From the human T2T-CHM13v2.0 reference genome, Homo sapiens: a stretch of 64,000 nt of DNA. The position numbers and the translations under genes are program-made. Positions within the stretch are counted from its first letter, which is position 1. Every line of letters starts with the position of its first letter. Shown here one piece after another: positions 1 to 19,592 of the stretch. The stretch lies in assembly GCF_009914755.1 (NCBI RefSeq), contig NC_060947.1, one strand, 5' to 3'. The notes beneath the pieces are model-generated. The model was not told the DNA's origin and ran no database searches. It was given only the letters and a program-made list of their open reading frames with translations.

Positions 1-382
1 ATAAATATCTGTTGACTATATGAATATATCTTTATAAAGTTCACTCTACTTCAGTATAGATTATGACTACTGCAATAGCAAGAACAAAAACTGATGTTTT
101 CCCGTAACCTGCCCAGCTAAAACGACAGTCTGTCGTTCCAACTCCTTGTTAAAAAATAAAAATAAAAAATAAAAGAAATTCTTGGCAGTTTGATGTCCTC
201 TTCAAGTCCACTGATACTATTTTTAAGCTACTTTATCAAACACACTCCATACCTCTATAACAAAACAACTCATTTACATTGTAGGAAACTTAGTAACTCC
301 AGTTAGAAAAGGCAGAAATAGTGTGTCAGGAGAAAACATGGAGACATCAGAGTAAGAAACGGGTAAGAAGTGGAAGTAAATC

Positions 383-483
383 CAGACCGTCCCCAACTTA
401 CAATGGTTTAACTTACAGTTTTTTTTTTTTACTTTACAATGGGTTATTGGGATGTTGCCCTATCATAAGTTAAGGAGCACCTG
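383..483. mobile_element. Tigger-family MITE (MER47/Tigger5-like)
   Basis: Imperfect TIRs cagaccgtccccaacttac / ataagttaaggagcacctg-TA; ~100 bp. Confidence 0.6.
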
Positions 484-949
484 TAGAGAACAGATGGGTC
501 CTAGAGGCTAGACAGAACCCCCAAGTGTTAGGTGTGCTTGTGAAAGATCCTAAGGCATCAGGGAATAGTAACCCAAATCTAAATGTATTACAAGTTAGGT
601 ATCCTCTGTCTTGTCTACTCCTTTGGGAACTCTTCATTCATTCAACAAATATGAACTGAGCTCAGGGCAGTGGGGATACAACAGTGAGCAAACACAGACA
701 GAAAGGCTGCATACAACTTTTTGAAGGAAAGCCACACAGGTGAGAAATCACTACATCCTATGACTTATGATTGCATCATGTTTCATTTCTTTCGTATTTC
801 TGTGGAAACTACCCTGACTTGATTTTAAAAGTTTATATAAAAACATATAATGAGGTCAATTTTTATAAACTGAATTTCTAAGATAAAAGGATAATATATT
901 TTTCTTATTTAAATAAGGAAACTGAATTAGGATAAAGTGAGAGATTAAT

Positions 950-1935
<986 letters not shown>

Positions 1936-2099
1936 TGTCTCATTTTTAAAAACTCCTCATGGCTCCACTATGCCTCACCACCTATCCAATACAAATAAAA
2001 TAATCCAACAGACCCAGCAAAAGACAGCTTGTAGGAACACATCCTTGCACACTACCACACTGTCCTCAAAGCTAGCATTCATAATACTTAATGCTGACC

Positions 2100-3140
2100 A
2101 GCTACTCTACCTTACACTCATCACTTTACTTAATCTTAACCACCACTGTGAGGTAAGTACAACTCTTATCCCTATTTTACAGATGAGGAAACAGAGACAA
2201 AATAATTTTCCCAAAGTCAGTCACATAGCTAGGAATCCAAGAGCCAGCCACTGAACTCAGGTCCAACTCCAGTGCTCAAGTTCTTAATCACGTCAAGGGG
2301 TAAAGATACATCCTAAAGCATCTTATGATCTTTAAAATATGCTGATTGTCTTAAATCTGTTTTTAAAATCCTGTTTCTTGGTACTGGGTTTCTTACACTT
2401 GTTGAGTCAAGAAAAGCATGATAGAGAGCTTGTGTCATTAAGGAGCACAGTCATGTCATGCATTAACCATATCATATTAGGAGACTGGAGACTTTCACCC
2501 AGCAAGGGACAACATTTTTACTCTTTCATTTTCAATTGTTTTATATACCTCAACACATCGTTTCACTATGTTTTAATTAGTTCTGAATTTATTGTCAGCA
2601 TCAAGTCCATATATTCTGACCTAGTTAGCTACAGACTTGACTTAAAAGTCTTGTCAAATACATTATCTTAGCAATTTGATAGAAAAGATTATGGAAAAAC
2701 AATTAGCACTGTCTCTTTGTATTCATACAGTCTCACTTTTTGGGAGATCCAAGTAGTATAAGAACTCAAGTGAACTGGAAATGTTGTCCTGTTCAATTAT
2801 ACCTCATAATCATATGGGGCCCCAGAGTTGCCGTGAGTTCCATCCACATGGTGTTCAGAACTAGAGATAAACTGGGGTTGATCTAGACTACTAAGAGCCC
2901 CTAAACAGAAGTATGAGGTTAAGAAAGAAAAATCTACTGAGGATCTATTTGCCATATATGACATAAGTACTTCACATGTGCCAACTCGTTTAATACTCAT
3001 AACTGCCCCATAGCATAAATTGATTTTATCATCATTTTACAGATGAAGAGGCTCCAGAGACTAAGCAAATTTGTCCAAGATCGGTCAGCTTGTAAACTGA
3101 GAGAGATGAGATTCAAACTTAGGTCTCCTCTGCATTTTCT
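2100..3140 (-). mobile_element. Two MIR fragments (~2100-2290, ~2950-3140)
   Basis: MIR core ccattttacagatgaggaaac / attttacagatgaagag. Confidence 0.7.
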
Positions 3141-3654
3141 ACTACACCTGCCTCAATTTCATGGACGACATCCAAAAATGTGGATTTTTTTCACTTTTTG
3201 TCAGTACAGTGATCCACAATTATCCAGTATAGACATCCACAAAGAGTCGCAAAAGATAACTGTACTGACTTCAGGAAATTTTCTACTATTCAAAGACTAA
3301 CCCAGAATCTAAAGGGCAGAATGTATCAGAGTTTCAATCAGCTCAAGCTAAATAGTCTGTAAACTTGCTGGTCCTGCCTCCTGCTAATATTCTAAAAGTG
3401 GTAACACTCCTCATCAGAATTACGAAGACCTCAAATATTCACCTACCCCATAGTTTTTGTTGTTTAAATCAAACCGCATATGAGAATCACTGAATAACCT
3501 GGAAACATTTTAATAGATTTCACTTAAACATATAAGATGGATTTGAAGGAGCAAATCCCTATATTAAAATGAAAATTATCATCACACAAAAAATGTAAAA
3601 ATATGGTAAAACCCAAAGCTCCCTGATAACAGGATGTTTGTCATCTACTGATTA

Positions 3655-3885
<231 letters not shown>

Positions 3886-4218
3886 CTAATGGTATTGTAA
3901 ACTAATACAAATATTTTGAGACACAATTGACAATAAACAGTCAGAAAAGTTCCTAATATTGAACCAGGATTCCCACTTGTGGGACTCTAACCCAAATAAA
4001 AGGTTATCTACCTAAATAGATTCAAAACATTATATTTAAAATAACAAAAAATAGAAGCAACTTAAATGTAAAAAAAAAAAATTAAGAGGAAGGGAAGAAT
4101 GAGTAAATAAATCATGGTAAACTTAAGTCAAAAGAATAATGTACAATCATTTAATTTATGGTAATAAAGACTATGTGGAAGTCAACATAGAAAAGTGCTT
4201 ATTGAAAAAAGTTAATTA

Positions 4219-4840
<622 letters not shown>

Positions 4841-5890
4841 AAAAAGCCTCAGTCATAAAAGGTCATAGCGAATTCAGAGATTTTACATAAAAGGAATGTT
4901 ATTATGGATCACGTGAAAAGAAAAAAGCATACAAAACTACATATACTATGATAGTGACTACGTTAAAATGCAAGCTATAAGACTGCCAGAAAAGACGATT
5001 AAATAATAGTTTGTGCTAAATGACTAAATTATAGGTGATTTTTTAAAAAACCACAGATTTCCTGTAAGTTGAGTATAGGACTTTGATGATTAGAAATTGT
5101 CTGAAAATATCATTTGTTCAACAAATTAACCTATCTCCATAAGTTCAGCAAAAATTATAATCATTTCACAAGTGAAAAAATTATTTATATATTCTATCAG
5201 AAATGTATTAAAATATCTCCTCTACAAAGACTCTTTATCCTCAATGAATAAATTAGCAGTTCTTTTAGAACTTGATATAATTCTTCTAAAACAAGAGCCA
5301 GTTTTCTTCCCTCCTGGCTAGTCAAGACAGTCTTTCTAATTAGCAAAGAAATGGGGGGTGGGAGGGGAGGTGTCGGGTGGGAACGACACACATGAATAAA
5401 GAAATTTAGTCCCTTATTTCCCTTATTTTGCTAGTTCATATTCCACAGAATGTTTCGTACATTCTGCAGTAAACAGAAGGGCAATATCAAATGAAATTTT
5501 TCGTTCCTGTGCATTCATTCCACGTACAATTTAAAAATATATTCCACGTGATTGCTTTGAAAAAAATAGGTACCTAACATACTTTCCATAAGCTTTACAG
5601 TGCGGATTTTGGGGATGAATATCAAATGCTGTAATTGCGTGTCAATTTTACAAAGCTGTTATCCTTAGGGATTGTCCCTCTTAGGGAATATTTTTGTCTT
5701 TTGTCAGTATTCTCACTCCAACCTGGCTGATAGTCAGAATCACCTGAAGACTTTTTTAATTTCAGATTCCTGGGTTTCAATCCTCCTTCTTCATGTACTT
5801 TAACTCCCTTTTCTCTCCCAACCACCAAGCCCCTTGCCGTTAATATACAAACAATAAGATAATTTCTCATCAAAAATTGTATTCACTAAC

Positions 5891-5954
5891 CTGTTCCGAT
5901 TCATAGATCACAGCTTGTTTACTCTGAAGCTCGGCCAAAGACATATCTATTCTC
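5891..5954 (-). CDS. BCLAF3: BCLAF3 exon 7 (64 nt): RRIDMSLAELQSKQAVIYESEQ
   Basis: Acceptor ttttag|G, donor CAG|GTTAGT; phase 2-0; completes the family motif PEIHRRID. Confidence 0.93.
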
Positions 5955-6679
5955 CTAAAATAATAAAGGCATAGTACAACTAAATAATTATGTTATACAC
6001 TGATACCCTGATTCTACTATTACAGAACAGAATTTGAAATAAAGCTAGTATGTTTTGGAGCTAGCAAAAGAAACTTGCTACCAGATAGTTTTTCACCTAT
6101 ATGGCAGTCTCCCAGGATATACATATCCTGTGGAACACACTATAGGGAAGCTTTAGTGGTTCTCAAATCAGTAGTCTGTGTAATCTCAAACTTTGCTCTG
6201 GTGATATACTGCATTCTCACATGTATTCAAATCAGCTCACAAGACAGGGTACACCACCTGCTCCAACAAGTGCCAGCAGAAGACACGTGGTTTCATCTGG
6301 CTGCCCTCAGAACACCTATTTGTGACCACACGAAGCAACATATGATTTCGATGGCTTGAAAACTGTCTTTCATTCTTCTACTGAGGACCTCAGGAAGCAA
6401 TTACTATTGACAGCAGAAGTGAAGTTAGGTATGTAAGCATCTTCAAAGTCCTACACATTTAAACAACGCTAGTCAATGTTTTCAGCGCATCCTATTCATT
6501 CCATCAAAGTGCAGTGGCCAGATAATGCTTGGATTATCCTATTATTTTTGTGCAGGAAATGCAATCCTACAGTCTACAGCAAGCCCAAGTGAGCAGGTTC
6601 GGAAAGCAGCCCCTTCCCAAATCTTTTCTGAGGTATATCCCCATTAGTTAAATGGGTATAATATGGTAATCAATCATTA

Positions 6680-6817
<138 letters not shown>

Positions 6818-8270
6818 TTATCTCAATGTTAAGCTGATTTCACTTAAAAGATTACATATAAGCACAGAAAGAAGGGATTATTTTTTAAAATTCAACCTGT
6901 TTTCTCTTAAAAATATGTGGGACCCAAACTTATTTCACAGACTAATTTGTAGCGCTCACGTGCCTTCCCAAGCCCAAACAAGAGTAAAAACACCTGATTT
7001 ATTAATCGAAGAATTTTCTTTCTATCTGACACGCCTGCTTACTTGTCCAGGGGAAAAGACAATGGCTCTCTCAAAGCAAGGACCTTTCTTCTCCAAGGTA
7101 AGACTTACTATATCTGGAAAGTAAAGATGGCATAGAGCTTCACAGTTGAATGAAAATAAAAAGTAACTTCAAAAACAAGCCTGAAACATCAAAACAATTT
7201 CAAACAAATACTAAATGTTATGTTTGCATATCACAGAAGGCCTTCTAATGCCACTTTACTTTAATTCACATTAAAGTTCATGAAAACATTTAGAAATCAG
7301 CTATGCTACACACTTTTAATAGGATACAGAGAAAGAGAATACACTTGGTCCATCAGAATGCTACTTAAGCAATCCTCTTCCCTAATTTACTGTTTCTGTT
7401 CTGGGACAATCTCCTGGATTTTTCTGCAAATCAGCTCCATTTCTGCCAAGAATCACATTTCCTTTGGGTGACAGGGACTGGAGCTGAGAGGATGAACTGT
7501 TTCAGACAAACTATGTGCTTTAAAGTAAATACATGCCTTAGTTTGAGGGACACAGAGGAAAAAAACTCATTTTCAAAACATATTTTATGAAGGTAAGAAA
7601 GATTAATGCAATTGTCTAGTAGGAAGCACAAAATAAAAAATTTTAAATTCTTGAAGGCCTCCAGTTTGTAATACCTACAACTGCCTTATTTGTGTAGCAT
7701 CACTGGGGAAAGTTGTTCTATATCACTGAATTTTCCAATTAATGGAAACTCGCCAGAAGCAAAAACAAAACAATTTAATGCAAACCATTAAAAGTATTTA
7801 TTACGCAACTCCCAGTTATAAAGAATGCCAAAGCAAACTAGAATCTTTCACTGATCACTCAGCATCATCCTTAAGATACAAAGTCCTAGTAATGCCCTCA
7901 GGGGGCTTTAAGAATCATAAAATGACCTAGGCTTCCTGATTTCTTGAGTTTCCTATCTGTTTTTTGTTGCTTTTTCCTCCCTGTTAGGTTACCAGTTATT
8001 GTTTCTTACTGCTCTCAGTATGCCTTTTCTTTCGCAGCAGCCAGCCTCTCCCTTTCTAACTTGAAAGTTCCAATCTACTAACAGTTGAAGCACAAGGTTA
8101 TTGGAACTAGATATAAAGAACAACTAGGCTCGAATGAATGCCTGATACTCTCTTCAAAAGATTTCCTAATTCACAGTCTAGCTTACAATGAAATATTAAT
8201 TACTATTAAACTATACTGCAGGTGTTTACCTGTATCTCGTGAATAGTATATTACTTTTGTGTTATCCCTA

Positions 8271-8489
<219 letters not shown>

Positions 8490-11390
8490 TTAACTAAATT
8501 TGAAACTATTTTGTGGAGAAAAGAATTTATCAAAAATTAAGATAGCTACAAAACTAGAAAGATGTATATCTTTTCTTATAATTAAGGCACTAAATTCCAT
8601 GCCATAAAACATGTACAATAACAAGTAGGAGAAAATAACTACAGATACATGGCTCTGAGTTCTTTCAAATCAGAGGTCATTAAATATTTGCCACTTTAAT
8701 AATAAAATCCTTCAAATTCTAAGTGAAACAATTTTTACTTGAAAAATACAAGGTATTAAAGACACTTACTATGCAAAAAGTAATCGATTAGATTATTTTC
8801 TACTTCCAAATGGCCAAAACATTGTTAGTCCAGCAAAATTATTTTATCTTGAAATACTACCACACTTTAAAAGCTGATATCAAACATAAGAACCTCTCTA
8901 ACTTAATAAAAATCCTTATATCTTTGTATCAATAATAAGAAGCTTAGAATAGTATTTTGAAATAAAATTCTGTTAAGAGATTAACTTAATTACAAAGTCT
9001 CACTAAATTCTCAGGAAATAGTCTTAGTTGTTAGGCAAAGTTATGATTGTTAACACCAGTTACAGTGTTCACCCTCAATGTACCCTTAAAGAAATACTAC
9101 CATTTATTATATAACCCCGGCTATCTTACCACTTTAATGCCTTCTGAATCTTATAACTTTTGTTAAGAGCTCTCCTGACCTCTAAGTACTTTTACAAACT
9201 AATGGTTATGATACAGAGCTAACAATTATTCAGGGCTTACCACATGCCCTCATGTGGGGGGCTTAGAGCTTACCAACATGATCTCATTTCATCTTTACAA
9301 TAACCCTATGGGGAAAGGTGCCACCACCCTGAGACAATGGATGTCTTGGTTGCTTTGTTTCACATCCCAGAGATTGAGCATTCAAATGAACATGTCTTCC
9401 AAGTGTTGTAATGGAAAACTATACCTTATTCCAAGAATGCTGCACTTGCTTAAAACTACTCAGAAATGCTTTGTCTGCAGGCACCTCATGCATCAATGAA
9501 AAAATTTTCTCATTATTTTATATTTATATCTCATTTTGGACCCAAAATGGCACTAATCAGCTTGTACCTATCTCATTCCTCTGTACTTAACTCTAAATTG
9601 CTTTTGGCTCTTCTCAAAAATCAAGTTCACTGTCTAAAGAATTGACATTTGCAACTGCTGGGGTTCTTAATGGCTACATTACAGGCTCAGAAGATAAATC
9701 TGAAAGAGAGCCCTGAAGTATGTTTTAAATAACAGGACACCACTGGAATAAATAGCTCATCATAAAGCAGAAAGCAAACAGACAGATGTGTCTGGGGGTA
9801 TGAGTGCACGCATGCACATATGTACTTATTTATTTAAGTCATGTAACAGCCATATATCCAAACTGCTGCAGGGTTATGAGGGGCTTACAGATATTCTTTA
9901 AAAATTTTAGCTCCTCTAATAAAATGGTTTTGAGTGTCTATTTATAACTTATCAGAGGAAAGGCTTCCATCTAACTTTCCGTGCTCCCTGCTCTCAGACC
10001 AGCGTTGCCAGGGTCAACTCCCTGCCAAGGCAGAAACACAGAAAAGTAATCATGCAGCAGGTTGACCGCACTGCTGTGGTTTCGTTGATTCATTAGAAGG
10101 ACTTTCATTAGAAAGAAGGCCCATTTCCCTTCTTTCCTCCTAATTTGCTCCAAGCTTCCCACTGTGTATGTGATAACTAGCTAAGAGACATTTGCTGGCA
10201 AATGTTAGAACACCCCGTAACGACCTCCACTAACAAAGAATTACAAATGCTCTCTGTTTAAGGGGGTCTAAAGTTACAAAATTCCTGTGCCATAGCAAAA
10301 GAAAAAATAGCCTTTAAAAACATTTTATAGTAGGAAAATAGTATATTTAAATAGAACTATACAAATGGTCCATCCACAAGAGGAAATCAGTTGATAAGGT
10401 TTTTTTCTGGCAGCCTCAGTTTATCCCAAGAGGAAATAAGCTGATAAAGATGTTCAGTTTTCCAATGAGTAATTATTAACATTTACTTATAATTTCTTAC
10501 AAATTACTGCTGAAACTCTTGTCCCCACTCCATGCTCAATCCTCAATCCATAGGAGTTACATACTTTGAAGCTATTATATATTTAATTCCTAAAATCTTA
10601 GTGTTTAAACTTGTTATCCATTAAAATTTATCCTAGAGTTCCTCTACTACAAGATCTTTAATAAAAAATTTAAATTATCATTTTCTAGAAAATATACATT
10701 TAACATAGTATAACCTCCAAATTTTAGTCTTTTAAAAACAATTATGATACTTTTGGTACAAGAAAAACCCTCTTTAGACTTGAGAATGCAAAATGTTCTA
10801 AATATTTATATTTGTAAATGTAATCATCTTTTGGTTCACATTTTACTTTTTACTATTTCCTGTGGCATGGATTGATTAACAAGTTAATAATTTCAGGAAA
10901 TACCCCCAAAGCAAGTAGTTAAGCTAAAAAGATCAAATGTTCTCATTTGAGATGCATTTTAGACAATTTAAAAAATTAAAATACAGCCAAAAACCTCTAT
11001 TCTAATACTATTTCTGGTATCAGTTTCATTAAATCTTCCAAGATCCTTTGTTCCCTCGACTGCACTTTCCCCGTTTATTTTTCTGTTTAAGGATATTTCC
11101 ACTGATGTTCTCCCTGAGCGTTGTGGGTAATAACCAAGAAAATGTAAAAAGCTACATTAAACCTTAATTTCCTGTTGCACACACTTAGGACTCATCAAAG
11201 AAATGAACTGCATGGCAAAACGGCAACAAAAAACCCAACAACAACCAAAACCAACAGATTCCCCTGCCCTCTGGAAGCTTCTATCAAAATCCGTACGACA
11301 CATATAAAGTTTTCCTTTCTGTCTTCTTCCAACTAATAACTAACATTTCATACAGCATCCTACAGTTCATATAAAGCACTTTCCCAATTA

Positions 11391-11718
11391 CAGTCACATG
11401 CAGCATAACGGCGTTTCCATTAATGACCACTTAAACGATGGTGGTACTGTATTTCTAGTGTACCTTTTCTATGTTTAGATATGTTTAGATACACGAATAG
11501 TTACTGATGTGTTACAATTGCCTACAGTATTCAGTACAGTAACATGCTGTGCAGGTTTGTAGCCTAGAAGCAATAGGCTCTACCATATAGCCTAGGTGTG
11601 TAGTAGGTTACATCATCTAGGTTTGTGTAAATACACTCTATGATCTTCAGACAGTGGCAAAACTGCCTAACAAGACATTTCTCAGAACGTATCCCCATCA
11701 TTGCACAATGCATGACTG
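11391..11718 (+). mobile_element. Tigger3a/Golem-type non-autonomous DNA transposon
   Basis: TA-cagtcacatgc...gcatgactg-TA termini; internal ttacaattgcctacagtattcagtacagtaacatgctg signature. Confidence 0.85.
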
Positions 11719-12376
11719 TATATAATTTGCTCCTGTCTTCCCAAGAACCAATTTAGAAACTGTGGAGTTGATGGAAAAAGTTCAGGGAGATTGCTCCTCC
11801 CCTAATTCCTCACTTTTTGCACAAAAGTCCTCTAGTGGGCCTCACCAGCCCCAACATGCATTCAGTCTACTTCATAGACAGCAATCCTCTGGCGGCCAGA
11901 ACTGGGCTGCCAGCCCTCTCCTATCAGCTGATAATGTCAAATCAGGCTGGCAGTCGCAGCATTCTTACCTTTCAGTCTCCTTTCCCTCTATTCCTTTTCA
12001 CTGACTGCTCAAAACCACACAGGTCAAAGTTCATGTGTATGTTTTTCTGCCATTGTTAACCTGTAAATATAAAATTTCTTTTGCCTCCATGTGTCTGCAT
12101 ACACCAGCCTTTGAAGCCTAGCTCACATGTCAACTACATGATGCCTCTCTTCAATCTCCCAGCTTGGTACCACCCATCTTCTGCTGAGTCACACATGCAC
12201 TCCAATAAACCAAAGGAGGAGGAACCTAATCGTATGCAGCTCTACAGTCCCAGGGCACCCTAACAGACTGTCTCACACAGGGTAGGCCCTCAAAAAATAC
12301 CCACTGAATGAATAAATAATGAATCAAAAATGACTTGGTCAATTTGAAATGAGTGTTTCAGCTAGAGAGATGATAA

Positions 12377-13104
<728 letters not shown>

Positions 13105-14997
13105 TAAAATTTCTAATATATACTAAAGTTCAGAGATGAACATTATGAGCCTCCATGTGTCTGTCAACTCAGCTTCAATGGTCACCAACACATGGCCAAT
13201 CCAAGCAGACTCAAAGAGCCAGGAGGAACTGCAGGTTAATTTGGTCCCAAAAGGTTACAGCCAAGTGACCTGCCCAATGTCACAAAGCTGATCAGTGGTC
13301 CATAGGAAGACAAAAACATATGCACTCTAACTGCCAACAGAATCCCTACACAAGGCCCCCTAAGAGACACCAAGAGAAGCTAGGGTCAAAAATAGGAATG
13401 AAAGGGAACCTTCTCTCAATTAATTTTTGATTTTAAAATGCATATGAGAAATTAAAGTAGGGGAGAACTTTAGTTTTCTATGCTATATAACAGCAAGGTG
13501 GCAGGTTTGGGTATAAAAAATATCCCCACCTGCATCTTATTTTGCCTCCAGCGGAACAGTGTCCATCATAGGTACACTTATGTGACTAGGTTCCCTTCCT
13601 TCAATCTCAGTTATGGCTTTTCACATTGTTCCCTGCCTGCGTGATACCCATTTCCTCAGAGTGTCAGGGTCCCAATGTCCTCTGGGGCCCATCCCCCACC
13701 TCATCCCCTTTCAAACTAGGAAAAGAGCTGATAGGGGTAGAGACACCCCTCTATGTCTCTTCAGTGGGAAATAAAGGATTAGACACAAATGTGGCCAATG
13801 TACTCAGTCCACCATCAACTCTGATAGCCATGAATGCTGATGGACAACCTTCCCCATGTCCCAGGTGTCTCGTATCAGCTTCCCAGGAGATCAAAGGAGT
13901 CTCTGATCCATCAGCAGCAGCTTATTCTGCTCCAGATATTAGTACCACCTCCTCCCTCCTCCTCTTCCTTCCTGGCCTAGCCAAGGGTCAAGCCCTCACT
14001 CACTCAAGCCCAACATTAAACTAACACCTGCATTTGTCTGCCCCAAAACATCCAGATGCATATATACAACAGTTCATGTTTTGCATATGTAACAACCTTA
14101 GTAGAAATTTTCATACTGTGATTCCCTAACTTACATTCTGAAACATATAATTATGACTCAGATGTAATTTCTGATAATGAAGTTTCTGACAGAGTGGATC
14201 ATTAGAATACAGTCTTTCTTAACAGAAGCATTAACTATGCAGTGAACATTCAAGCAAGTGTTTACCTACTGCTGTTCTAGATACAAACTAGAATCTAAAA
14301 AAATCACAGTGATAACCTTATGTTTTCAACCATACTGACAATTGGAAGAACAAATATCAATTCTCAACCAAAGCTAAGTAAATAAATGCACAAAATTAGC
14401 CATCTTAGCATTTCCAAAAAAAAGCAGATAAACTCTCTAGATGTTAACCAATAAATAAACTTCTCTCTGCACTCTATGATTATTTTACTCTTTTCTAGAA
14501 AAAAAAATCTAATTTATTTTAATAGTTGAAAACATAATTCTACTGAGGGCATTATCTTTGTTTTATGGATCAGTCCACATATAATTAAATCCAAACCACA
14601 AAATTCATCCACAACCCATTCACCAGGAAATAAAGATTTTGTTGACTATGACGCTTTATCATACTGCAAAGATGCATATATTTGCTCAGTTATTTATTTT
14701 TCAGGTCTTTGAACAGAGAGGATTTGCAGTGGAGGCTATTACACAAGCCATCCTGCAGGCCCTGGGCAGGTATTCAAATGGCCCTGGTATGCCACCAGAT
14801 CCCATTGACAGATTATGAGATTTCACAAAATCATAGTTTATAAATTCAAAAGATGCAGCAGTCTCCATTTTAAGCCCATTTTTGTGACACATGATAAAGA
14901 TCAAGCTTCCATTTCTCATATCAAATTATAAAATTAACTGTTCAGTATCTCTAATGAGGTCTATTAAAATAAAACTCTTCAAAACTGGTATTTCTAG

Positions 14998-16950
<1,953 letters not shown>

Positions 16951-17635
16951 ATATTTTGTTTTACAAAAAAGGACTTGTGGGTTTACCTCCCTCCCCATTC
17001 TACCATTTGGATTTTGTTTTCTCTCATTTTTGGTTCAAATACAAATGAGTCAAGCATGAATATAAACATACCAAATCAACATGGCCCCCCCCTTTTTCAT
17101 TCACATACTGGTAGTGTATTAAGGTCATGAACAGTTTTAGCTGTTTAGTTTTAGGCCAACTGCAGTGCTTTATTATTCTCAGAATCCATAAATGGAAGTA
17201 ATATTCGTTAAGGAACAAAGCACGTGAGTCTGCTTTTAAGAGAATATAACCTACAACAACAACAGTCTATTTTTTTAAAGAATCATTAAGGGCTAAAGTA
17301 AATGTCTTATAAATAGGTATCTTCCCAGATTATGGTATAATCTCCTCTACCTGGGAGAATCTAGTTGGTTGAGCCCCAGTCATTATGAGACGGCAGCAAA
17401 AACCACATTAAGTCACCTGCCTCGTTGAGTCATAAGGGAACACGTGGATTTGAGCCCGAGCCACTCTGACTTAGACAAGTCACTTCATCTCTCAGGGTCG
17501 CGCTTTCCTCCCGTATAAAACTAGGGCCTGCTAAGGTCCCTTTCAGCTCAAAAATTCTCTGAATTTCAGGCAACAGAGAGCACAGGCTCTGAGAAACTGA
17601 GCAAGGACTAGGTTTTCTTGAACTCTACCCAGCTA

Positions 17636-18628
<993 letters not shown>

Positions 18629-18947
18629 TTACACTTGCAATAGAGAGAAGAAAGGGAGAATTTATATGTGTAGAATGTCGGGCAGCATGGCTTTAAATGC
18701 AGAATGCAGTGGCAAGTTAATCTATAACCCTTTAAGCCAATTCTATAGGCACAAGGCAGTTAAAGAGGAAAATACCATCTTTTAAAAGTATTCTAGCCAT
18801 CAACATGATTTACTCTAAAAAGAAATACTTCACTACTACCAGTACCCCATAATTAAATTACAATGCTTTTTGTCTTTTTAGACAAAAGCTTTTCAAGGTG
18901 GTTATCTTCAACCATAAAGTAAACAGATCTTTTCACTTGAGGCTTTA

Positions 18948-19592
<645 letters not shown>

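Noticed and set aside
13626-14024. 132-aa plus-strand ORF in a GC-richer patch of intron 4
   Set aside because: Non-ATG start, no recognisable homology or splice context; probably an old repeat remnant I cannot classify.
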